Of a stretch of DNA of 32,000 nt, positions 25,557 through 32,000 are shown piece by piece. The DNA is taken from contig OZ246396.1 in assembly GCA_965230905.1 (NCBI GenBank), positions 750,001 to 782,000 of the forward strand, written 5' to 3'. Origin of the DNA: Candidatus Saccharimonadota bacterium (GTDB lineage: Bacteria > Patescibacteriota > Gracilibacteria > UBA1369 > 2-02-FULL-48-14). How positions within the stretch are numbered: the first letter of the stretch is position 1; each line of letters starts with the position of its first letter. A program made the translations under genes and the position numbers. The notes under the pieces are model-generated. The model worked only from the letters and a program-made list of their open reading frames with translations. It had not been told where the DNA came from and searched no databases.

Positions 25557-27647
25557 TTAGCGGAGACAGGGAGGCTCGGCTCTGCCGAGTGGGCGCGAAT
25601 CTCCTTTATTATACCTGATTTTCAGCTTTTCTTCAACCAGGAGAACCGGGCGGCCGTAGCGTTCTTGCGAGCTTCGTTTAATCTGGGAAGCGTCGTTTTG
25701 TGCGGGAAACTTGGGCTTGTGAACGTCCATGCGGAAAAGTGGGAGTGGACTTTGGCGATGGAGCAGCTTGCTGTAAGCCTGAAAGGGGGCGAGTTGGGTG
25801 AGGTCTTCTTCCAAAAGGCCGAGGGAGGGCGCGAGGATTTGGGCATCGGCGTAACTGGTGCGGAAACAGAGCAGTGAGCCTGCGTTGCCGAGCACCGCAT
25901 CTTGGATTTCGGGCGGCAGCTGGGTGAGGTACTGGTTGGCGAGGGTGAGGGCAAGGCCGTATTTGCGGGATTCGGCCAGCATACTGAGTAGGGTTTTGGT
26001 GGTGAAATTTTGAAATTCATCCACGGTGAGGCACACCGTGCTGCGCTGTTCGGGCGGCAATTCAGCGCGGCGGAGCAGGGTGGATTGAATCATGGAAATA
26101 AAAATCATGCCCAACATGGCGCTGCAGTCTTCGCCGAGTTTTCCTTTAGACAGCGAGACGAGGACAATTTTGTTTTCCGCGAAGGCGTTTTCGAAGGAGA
26201 ATTTGCTGCGGGGTTGGCCGAAAATATTTCGGAGCAGCGGGAGGGTGAGAAGCGGACCCACTTTATTGAGTATCGGCGCGATGTGTTCCTGGCGGGTCTT
26301 TAAATCCTGGGCCAAAAATTCCTGCTCAAAAAAACGGTGGAGTTCAAAATCTTGCGTGCAGTCCAGCAGACGTTGGCAAAAAGATGCGTTGGTGAGCAGG
26401 CGCGGCAGATCGAGCAGCGTGGTGTTGGGCGCGAGCGTGAGGAGCAGCAGCGCGTTGCGGAGAATGTATTCCAGGCGGGGCCCCCAGCTGCCTTTGGCCA
26501 GCACTTCAAACATTTCCACCAGGGCGGAGGTTTTTAGGTTGGCGTTTTCGCCCGTTTGCAGCTCCAGTGGATTGATGGCCAGCGGAAAATCGGTGAGGCT
26601 GGGGTCTAGGACGATGAGGTCTTTATGGCGCTGCGGCGGGGTGAGGCGCAGGGCGTCTTCAATCAGGTCACCGTGGGGATCCAGGACTACGATGGCGCGG
26701 TTTTCTTGGCAATCTTCTTGGAAAAAATTCAGCAGCACGGTGGATTTTCCCATCCCAGTTTTCCCGATGAGATAAAGGTGGCGCTTGCGATCCTCTTCTT
26801 CAAGTGTGAGCTCGGTTGGGGCGGGCAGGTAGGCGGTGGGTTCGGTGTGGAGATGCGCGGCTTGTTCCTTGGCGCTGGGCAGCGAGAGCAGGGTGGCGAG
26901 TTCTTCCGCACTAAAAATCAGCGGGCTGGGTTTGCGGCTGAGGCGGACTTCGCCCAGGTAGGGCAGGGTGAAGCCGTGAATAAAATCGCTGAACGGGTGG
27001 CTGAGTGCGAGGGTGCATTTGAAAAGTGGACGCGAGAGTTTGTCGAGCACCGCGCGGCGCGGATCTTCGCGTTCGTGCAGCGATTCCATTTGCTCCTGCG
27101 GTGGCGCTTTGAGCGGCGTGTGCAGTAGGGATTTGCGGAGGAGCGGGCCGAGAAAACGGCGGAGTTTAAAGCTGAACCAGGCTTTGCTTTCCCACTGGTC
27201 GAAACGGCGCTCGGGTTCAAAATAGGGCTTCTTGGCTTTTTTGAGTATACGTTCACGGGTGCGGTCGCGTAGCGGGGTGAAGTGTAGGTGGATGAAGGCG
27301 CCGGGCGTTTTTGCGAGCTGCGGCAGCAGTGTATCCAGCGGGGCGATGTGGGTTTTTTGGATGCGGTCTTCGAATTGCGAATAACGTTTTATAGGGAGCA
27401 GCGGACCTTTGCTTTGGCGGACGAAGTGGTGGGGCGTTTGTGGTGTGAGGGTGCTTGGAAGGAGGCGGCTGCCAAGGAGGTGCGCGCTCAGGTCTTCGCT
27501 GCAGAGCAGTTCCACCTTGCCCTCCTTTTCGCGGATGAAAAAGTCGATGGGGTGGGGATGTTTTTGCAGGGTGTGCAGCCAGTGTTCCAGCAGACGCGGA
27601 GAATATTCGCGCGTTTCGCAGAGCCGAAGTTCAAAAAGAGTGTGCAT
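25557..27647 (-). CDS. P-loop ATPase of the T4SS coupling-protein / HerA-FtsK type (VirD4/TraD/TraG-like), no N-terminal TM anchor
   Basis: Walker A LIGKTGMGKST, then VVLDPHGDL, Walker B CLTVDEFQNF, and AESRKYGLALTLANQYLTQL..LGNAGSLLCFR (the typical RKYG..Q..QL tail of TraD/VirD4/VirB4-like ATPases). The N-terminal ~290 aa are unassigned and end in FSAEELATLLSLPS. Confidence 0.7.
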   Translation of the reverse strand: MHTLFELRLCETREYSPRLLEHWLHTLQKHPHPIDFFIREKEGKVELLCSEDLSAHLLGSRLLPSTLTPQTPHHFVRQSKGPLLPIKRYSQFEDRIQKTHIAPLDTLLPQLAKTPGAFIHLHFTPLRDRTRERILKKAKKPYFEPERRFDQWESKAWFSFKLRRFLGPLLRKSLLHTPLKAPPQEQMESLHEREDPRRAVLDKLSRPLFKCTLALSHPFSDFIHGFTLPYLGEVRLSRKPSPLIFSAEELATLLSLPSAKEQAAHLHTEPTAYLPAPTELTLEEEDRKRHLYLIGKTGMGKSTVLLNFFQEDCQENRAIVVLDPHGDLIEDALRLTPPQRHKDLIVLDPSLTDFPLAINPLELQTGENANLKTSALVEMFEVLAKGSWGPRLEYILRNALLLLTLAPNTTLLDLPRLLTNASFCQRLLDCTQDFELHRFFEQEFLAQDLKTRQEHIAPILNKVGPLLTLPLLRNIFGQPRSKFSFENAFAENKIVLVSLSKGKLGEDCSAMLGMIFISMIQSTLLRRAELPPEQRSTVCLTVDEFQNFTTKTLLSMLAESRKYGLALTLANQYLTQLPPEIQDAVLGNAGSLLCFRTSYADAQILAPSLGLLEEDLTQLAPFQAYSKLLHRQSPLPLFRMDVHKPKFPAQNDASQIKRSSQERYGRPVLLVEEKLKIRYNKGDSRPLGRAEPPCLR

Positions 27648-27753
27648 TTCTTAATGCTAGCTTGGGGTGGTGGGATTTGGGAAATCGCGGCGAGGGCTTT
27701 AATCTGGAAAAATGCGTTGTTGGAAGGCTGACAACAGGTCACTATTTATAGCC

Positions 27754-28791
27754 TTATTGAGCTTTATCGAGGCTCTTAGGGTCGAAGTAGGTTTTGGAAT
27801 TGGCGGTCAGGGCTAGCTTGCCGGAGCGGAGTTTTTCTACGATTTCGTAGAGGATGCGGCGGGCTTCGTCGAGGGTGTTGATTTGTACGACTTGGGCGCG
27901 GTACTCGCTGGCTCCGTCGAAGCCGCGGAGGAGTTGTACAAAGTGTTTGCGCATTTCCTTGATGCCGCGTTCTTCGCCCTTCGATTCCACACAGAGTTCG
28001 GCGTGGCGCAAGTAGGTTGGCATTTTTTCTTCAAAAGTTTGCGGCGGCGTGTAGTCCTCGCCATTAAACGCAGCGGCGATTTCCGCCATCAGCCAGGGGT
28101 TGCCCATGGTTCCGCGGCCCACCATCACGCCGTCCAGATTGCCCAGTTTCGCGAGGGCATCGGCCACGCTCTTCACGTCGCCATTCCCAATCACCGGTAT
28201 GCCCACATTCCGCTTCACTTCGTAAATGGGTTCCCAGTCCGCGCGGCCCATGTACATCTGCTTCGCCGTGCGTCCGTGGATGCTGAGCAGCGAAGCGCCT
28301 GCGCTTTCCATATCTTTACAAAATTGCACAAACCAAGGCAGATCCAGTTTGTCGGAACCGATTCGGGTTTTCACGGACACGGGAATTTTGCAGGCCTTCG
28401 CCACGGCTTCCACAATTTCTGCTGCGCGGCAGGGGTTTTTCAGGAGGGCGCTTCCATGGTCGCTGCTCACCACTTTTTTGGCGGGACAACCCATGTTGAT
28501 GTCGATGGCGTCAATGCCCATGGCTTCGATTCGTTTCGCAGCTTCTGCAAAGTTCGCCGGCTTCTTTCCAAAAATCTGCGCCACCAGCGGGCGTTCTTCG
28601 TCCGGATTAAAATCCAGCTGTTTTAGAGTCATTTTGCTGTCGTACACAATTCCGTCGGCGCTGGTGAATTCGGTAAAACAAATCACGCGCGGCTCGATTC
28701 CTTTAATCAGCTGCCGGTAAGCGGTGTCCGTGTAGCCGGCCATAGGGGCCAGCGCCAGGATTGGTCGTTTTGGGTCTTTCCAGGAGAACAT
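27754..28791 (-). CDS. dus: tRNA-dihydrouridine synthase (Dus family)
   Basis: LAPMAGYTDTAYRQL, AIDINMGCPAKKVV (catalytic Cys) and LSIHGRT..GNGDV are Dus family motifs. Confidence 0.9.
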   Translation of the reverse strand: MFSWKDPKRPILALAPMAGYTDTAYRQLIKGIEPRVICFTEFTSADGIVYDSKMTLKQLDFNPDEERPLVAQIFGKKPANFAEAAKRIEAMGIDAIDINMGCPAKKVVSSDHGSALLKNPCRAAEIVEAVAKACKIPVSVKTRIGSDKLDLPWFVQFCKDMESAGASLLSIHGRTAKQMYMGRADWEPIYEVKRNVGIPVIGNGDVKSVADALAKLGNLDGVMVGRGTMGNPWLMAEIAAAFNGEDYTPPQTFEEKMPTYLRHAELCVESKGEERGIKEMRKHFVQLLRGFDGASEYRAQVVQINTLDEARRILYEIVEKLRSGKLALTANSKTYFDPKSLDKAQ

Positions 28792-29703
28792 TTAATTGTT
28801 TGGGTTCACTTTAGGCTCTTCGCCGTCGTCATTTGGACCTTTCCCAACGCTTTCTACGTCGTCTTCGTCGCCGCCAATAAAGGTCACGCTGGCCTCTTCG
28901 TAGTCACGGAAATCGGGGTAGTTTTTGATGGGTGCGCCTTCAGCCCAGGCGGTTCCAAAGCCACGATTGTCTTCAAAGAGAGCGGACAAAATATAAACGG
29001 AATTTTTACCCCCCACGCCGTCGTAAACCGCGTAGATGTATCCAAAAGCCTGGCCCGCCTTGTCGATTTCACCTTGGCGGGGGTCGGAAGGGATTTCGTC
29101 AAAATCGCTGTTTTCGGCAAAAACCGATTCAATCTTGGAAATAGAAGGGTATTCGCCGGTTTCCTGCTCGTACGCCTCAATGGCGGTTTCCATTTTTTGC
29201 ATCATTTCTACGCGCTCGTCGTTTTCTTCCAGGTAACGGTTTTCGTTTTCGTGTGTTTCATCGGTCAAATTGTCTTCGATCTCGGCTTCACGGTCACGGA
29301 TGGCGAGCCACCAGATTGCTCCCCCGCCAATCAAAACCACCAACACGGCCGGGATCAGCATGGCCAAAAAGAGTTTCCGTTTTTCAAAGCTATTGTCTTC
29401 TGCTTCATCTTCTTCAGGTGGAAGTTCAAAGTCGGTCGCGCTGGGATGGGGAGCCACTGGGGTTTCCTCCACTTGCAGCGTTGGCTCAGGCATGGGCGCT
29501 GGCGCAGGTATTGGTTCACCTTTCACGTTTGCGTGACGACGTTCTTCGGCCATTTTCATAAGGGCGGTTGCACGGGCATTTCCAGGTTCAATTTGCAAAA
29601 TTTCCTGGCAACCCTGGATCACTTTGTCGTATTCGCCAGCGTTGAGCCACGACTGAACGTGATTCAAGGCCTGCGCGATGCTGATTTCATGGTTGTTTTC
29701 CAT
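28792..29703 (-). CDS. Membrane protein: N-terminal TPR-like helix pair, one TM helix, C-terminal GspG/pilin-like globular domain
   Basis: AQALNHVQSWLNAGEYDKVIQGCQEILQIEPGNARA (TPR-like), TM LFLAMLIPAVLVVLIGGGAIWWLAI, and a C-terminus IEAYEQETGEYPS..IPSDPRQG..FGYIYAVYDG that resembles the pseudopilin 'YP...IP.DP...Y.Y' pattern. ATG 29703 is preferred over the TTG at 29721. Its stop abuts the dus ATG. Confidence 0.5.
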   Translation of the reverse strand: MENNHEISIAQALNHVQSWLNAGEYDKVIQGCQEILQIEPGNARATALMKMAEERRHANVKGEPIPAPAPMPEPTLQVEETPVAPHPSATDFELPPEEDEAEDNSFEKRKLFLAMLIPAVLVVLIGGGAIWWLAIRDREAEIEDNLTDETHENENRYLEENDERVEMMQKMETAIEAYEQETGEYPSISKIESVFAENSDFDEIPSDPRQGEIDKAGQAFGYIYAVYDGVGGKNSVYILSALFEDNRGFGTAWAEGAPIKNYPDFRDYEEASVTFIGGDEDDVESVGKGPNDDGEEPKVNPNN

Positions 29704-29709
29704 GCGCAA

Positions 29710-29738
29710 AGAGTAGGGCAAAGCAGTCTTCAGGTCAA
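29710..29738 (-). promoter_or_regulatory. Putative leaderless-type promoter (TTGACC-17-TACTCT-6 nt-ATG)
   Basis: Minus strand has TTGACC at 29738-29733, a 17-nt spacer and TACTCT at 29715-29710, then exactly 6 nt before the ATG at 29703. Confidence 0.45.
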
Positions 29739-29753
29739 CTCAGCACGTGAATC

Positions 29754-29782
29754 TTGTGAGAGTACGGTTTATATGGTACTAT
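29754..29782 (+). promoter_or_regulatory. Putative promoter of the 151-aa orphan (TTGTGA-17-TACTAT)
   Basis: TTGTGA at 29754-29759, a 17-nt spacer and TACTAT at 29777-29782, 20 nt before the ATG at 29803. Confidence 0.35.
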
Positions 29783-29802
29783 ACGCTATATAAACATATT
29801 CT

Positions 29803-30258
29803 ATGAACGTAGATATACCAGGAGAAAATTTAGTCGCCGAAGCCATCGCTCAGTTGGAAACTGGCGACAATAGGGGGGTGGTTCAACTCCTTACTAATCA
29901 AGAAAATGGTTTTGCACCTTCACTGTTTTTTGGACTAAGTTTTGATTCACGACTGGCCATTGTTCAAGCCATCCAAGCAGCAAGCACAACGAAAGATTGT
30001 TTAGGAAATGACGGTTATTATCAAGATCTATTCCATGGCCTATATACGGCTACATCTCATGATGAAGGTTATAAATTACTTACATGGATGCTTGGTCATG
30101 CAGATGGAAACATCAAAGAACGTGGAATGAAGTTGCTTGGGCTCAGTAATGTTCCCCCAAGTCCTCGAGTAAGACCTGCCTATTATGCCGCCCTTCAGAG
30201 CGTATGCCCCGAAGGTATACCAAATCATCTGAAGTGGGACGATACTCAGGCGGCCTAA
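29803..30258 (+). CDS. Hypothetical protein (151 aa)
   Basis: ATG ORF in an AT-richer patch, the only plus-strand gene in this neighbourhood. No recognisable motif. Confidence 0.4.
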   Translation: MNVDIPGENLVAEAIAQLETGDNRGVVQLLTNQENGFAPSLFFGLSFDSRLAIVQAIQAASTTKDCLGNDGYYQDLFHGLYTATSHDEGYKLLTWMLGHADGNIKERGMKLLGLSNVPPSPRVRPAYYAALQSVCPEGIPNHLKWDDTQAA

Positions 30259-30818
30259 AAGCTTTCTTCCTGATTGTACTCCGCTCCGCCTACTTGGGGA
30301 ATAACGGCTTCAATGGTTCCCCACATGGACTCGCGATCTTTGGGAATGATGAGGGTCACTTCGTCGCCCATGTTTCCTTTATAATAGGTTACGGAGGCGA
30401 GCAGCACACGGTAGGTTTTTCCGTTGGCCACCACTTTGAACTGGCCGTCTTCTTTGAGCAGGGCGCCTTTTACGAATTCGCGGTCGATGGGTGCGATTTG
30501 TTTATACACAAAGCTTCCGTTGGACATGATGGTGAGTTTTAAGCGGTCGCCTTCCACCAATTTGGATTTGCTGGCGTAGTTCGCTGGCACGGGGAAGATC
30601 TTTTCGTTTGGCCCGATCATGTTTTGGCCGTCAAAAGTGCCTTCGATGATTTGGGTTTCGCCTTGGTCGTAGGCTTTGGCGTCCTCGGCTTTCATAGGTG
30701 CGTGAGTGCTCACGGAACTTGGGGAGATCTCAGATAACAGATCGCGGGCGGACTTCAATGAAGACTCTGCCGCTTCGATCATGCGCAGAATTTTGGAGAT
30801 TTGTTCGGTGTCGGACAT
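30255..30818 (-). CDS. Hypothetical protein (187 aa) with N-terminal helix and two possible beta-rich repeats
   Basis: Starts 15 nt after the ftsQ-like stop. Possible internal repeat: IIEGTFDGQ..FPVPANYASKSKLVEGDRLKLTI versus FVKGALLKEDGQ..YRVLLASVTYYKGNMGDEVTLII. No family recognised. Confidence 0.5.
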   Translation of the reverse strand: MSDTEQISKILRMIEAAESSLKSARDLLSEISPSSVSTHAPMKAEDAKAYDQGETQIIEGTFDGQNMIGPNEKIFPVPANYASKSKLVEGDRLKLTIMSNGSFVYKQIAPIDREFVKGALLKEDGQFKVVANGKTYRVLLASVTYYKGNMGDEVTLIIPKDRESMWGTIEAVIPQVGGAEYNQEESF

Positions 30819-30833
30819 GGTTTGTGTGTTTAT

Positions 30834-31844
30834 TTACTCAGGTGTGCCTAATTTATATATTACTTTTTCGCCGTTCTGTCCAGAAATTCTTAGGTCGATG
30901 TACTCGAGCGGCGCGGTGTAAATATCGATTTCGGTAAGCGCTTTTTTGAGCTTCGCCAGTTGCAGCGGAACGTCCTGAGTGAGGTCGATCCACACAGAAA
31001 AATAACGCTCCGTGGAGAGGTGGAGTTCGCGGGCGCGTTTGAGATAGGCGATTTCCAGCACTTCCATGTCGAATTTTCCTTCAAAACTCTCGGCGGTTTC
31101 CAGCAGAGTGGCCAAGGTTTCCTGAGAAATCAACTCCTCGTTGATCTGGTCGGGCATGGTGTCGGCCGGAAGTTCTTCTTCCACAGCGGCTTCTTCTGTT
31201 GGAGTTTCTTCCGTGGGCGTCTCCTCAGCCACAGGTATGTCCATGTCGGTTCCGGTCACGTCCATCACAATCAGAGGCAGATTTTCCAGGCTGGTTCCAA
31301 TGCTGGCGATGAATCCGTGCTCATTGATCACAAAGTACTGGGTGCTGCCGTTTTCGAACTCCATGCGCACATTGGCCACGGGCGGGTAGGTCTCTACGGT
31401 TACGGAAATGGTGTGGAAAAAGTCACGGTCGATGTCCAGGGTTTTCAGGTAGGCGTAGGTGCTTAAAAACGCTTTTTCCTGGGTGCCGGTGTCAAAAAGC
31501 AGCAAATTGTCGCCCAAAAACTCTTGAAGCTCTTCTTTAATGGCGCTTTGCTCCTGGGCGGTGTCGGCTTCTCCTTTCACTTCAATGCTTTGAATTTCGA
31601 AGGCCGTGCTCAAAAAAAGCAGGTAGATGAGGCCTAAAGTGGCGACCACTCCCACGAAAATTTTGATGTACCATAAAAAGCGCCCGGTTTTTTCACTGCG
31701 ACGACGGGAGGCACGGTCGGTTCCGGCAATGGCACGCACTTTGGGCACAAATGGCTTTCTGCTCGAAAGCCGCGAGCTCTTGTAGCTGGTAAAGCTCGCT
31801 TGGCTGGTGCGGCGTTTTCGTTTAAAAACCGAAAAGAGACCCAT
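30834..31844 (-). CDS. ftsQ: FtsQ/DivIB-like cell-division protein
   Basis: Basic cytoplasmic tail, one TM helix (FLWYIKIFVGVVATLGLIYLLFL), a POTRA-like segment (FEIQSIEVKGEADT..LLLFDTG..TLDIDRDFFHTISVTVETYPPVA) and then QYFVINEHGFI. An acidic EETPTEETPTEE insertion is present. Confidence 0.6.
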   Translation of the reverse strand: MGLFSVFKRKRRTSQASFTSYKSSRLSSRKPFVPKVRAIAGTDRASRRRSEKTGRFLWYIKIFVGVVATLGLIYLLFLSTAFEIQSIEVKGEADTAQEQSAIKEELQEFLGDNLLLFDTGTQEKAFLSTYAYLKTLDIDRDFFHTISVTVETYPPVANVRMEFENGSTQYFVINEHGFIASIGTSLENLPLIVMDVTGTDMDIPVAEETPTEETPTEEAAVEEELPADTMPDQINEELISQETLATLLETAESFEGKFDMEVLEIAYLKRARELHLSTERYFSVWIDLTQDVPLQLAKLKKALTEIDIYTAPLEYIDLRISGQNGEKVIYKLGTPE

Positions 31845-31859
31845 AAATGGGGGGCGTGA

Positions 31860-32000
31860 TTAATTGCCCTTTGCCAGGGCTTCTCGCAGAGCGTTCTGAC
31901 GAGCTTCAGCACGAGGTCGGGCTTTCGCCTTGTTCTTGCGCTTAGAAAGCTTTGACTTCGGTCGAGTCGAATTGACCGTCGTCATCCCGTGTTTTAAGCT
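31860..32000 (-). CDS. 3' end of an ORF open to the window edge (or a 41-aa basic ORF from ATG 31985)
   Basis: The minus-strand frame ..SLKHGMTTVNSTRPKSKLSKRKNKAKARPRAEARQNALREALAKGN* has no stop back to position 32000. It ends 15 nt before the ftsQ-like ATG. Not in the ORF track. Confidence 0.3.
   Translation of the reverse strand, partial: SLKHGMTTVNSTRPKSKLSKRKNKAKARPRAEARQNALREALAKGN

Noticed and set aside
31634-31912. 92-aa minus-strand track ORF spanning the ftsQ-like start
   Set aside because: It is out of frame with, and overlaps, both the ftsQ-like 5' end and the upstream open frame. Its Pro/Ala/Arg-rich translation has no support.
1-32000. CRISPR arrays, tRNA/rRNA genes, IS elements or integrases, and stop-codon reassignment
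   Set aside because: No spaced direct-repeat array, tRNA-like T-arm/cloverleaf or transposase/integrase motif was seen by eye in any intergenic gap. Long housekeeping ORFs are intact under the standard code, and TGA is used as a genuine stop in ATGA overlaps, so a UGA-recoding genetic code is unlikely.

Overview
Gene-dense chromosomal segment read under the standard genetic code, roughly 50% GC by eye, with most genes on the minus strand. No rRNA, tRNA, CRISPR array, transposase or integrase was seen. Housekeeping content: lysA (3' end cut by the window edge, absent from the ORF track), a divergent aspartokinase-like gene, secA, a polyprenyl-phosphate sugar transferase, RNase P RNA (rnpB, found by hand on the minus strand at about 8331-8726), galU, an Hsp20-family gene, ftsH, tilS, metG, a dus-family gene and an ftsQ/divIB-like gene. 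Accessory content: (i) a higBA toxin-antitoxin pair in an AT-rich islet. (ii) A plus-strand type IV pilus operon, pilN-pilO-pilC, three prepilin-type genes and a pilX-like gene. (iii) The most interesting locus, a minus-strand operon (22467-27647) with a VirD4/TraD/HerA-like P-loop ATPase followed by four genes carrying five copies of a VirB2/TrbC-like two-helix 'T4SS pilin' module, then a small lipoprotein; no other T4SS parts are visible. (iv) Several orphan ORFs in visibly AT-richer patches. Other points: a roughly 50-65 nt conserved structured element lies immediately upstream of the start codons of both secA and tilS. Sigma70-like promoters can be read at many gene starts, several placed so the ATG sits at the expected transcription start (leaderless type). 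Shine-Dalgarno motifs are largely absent. This gene content and architecture suggests a CPR/Patescibacteria-like (possibly Peregrinibacteria-like) bacterium, which is inference only. All family calls rest on motif recognition by eye; no database search was run.
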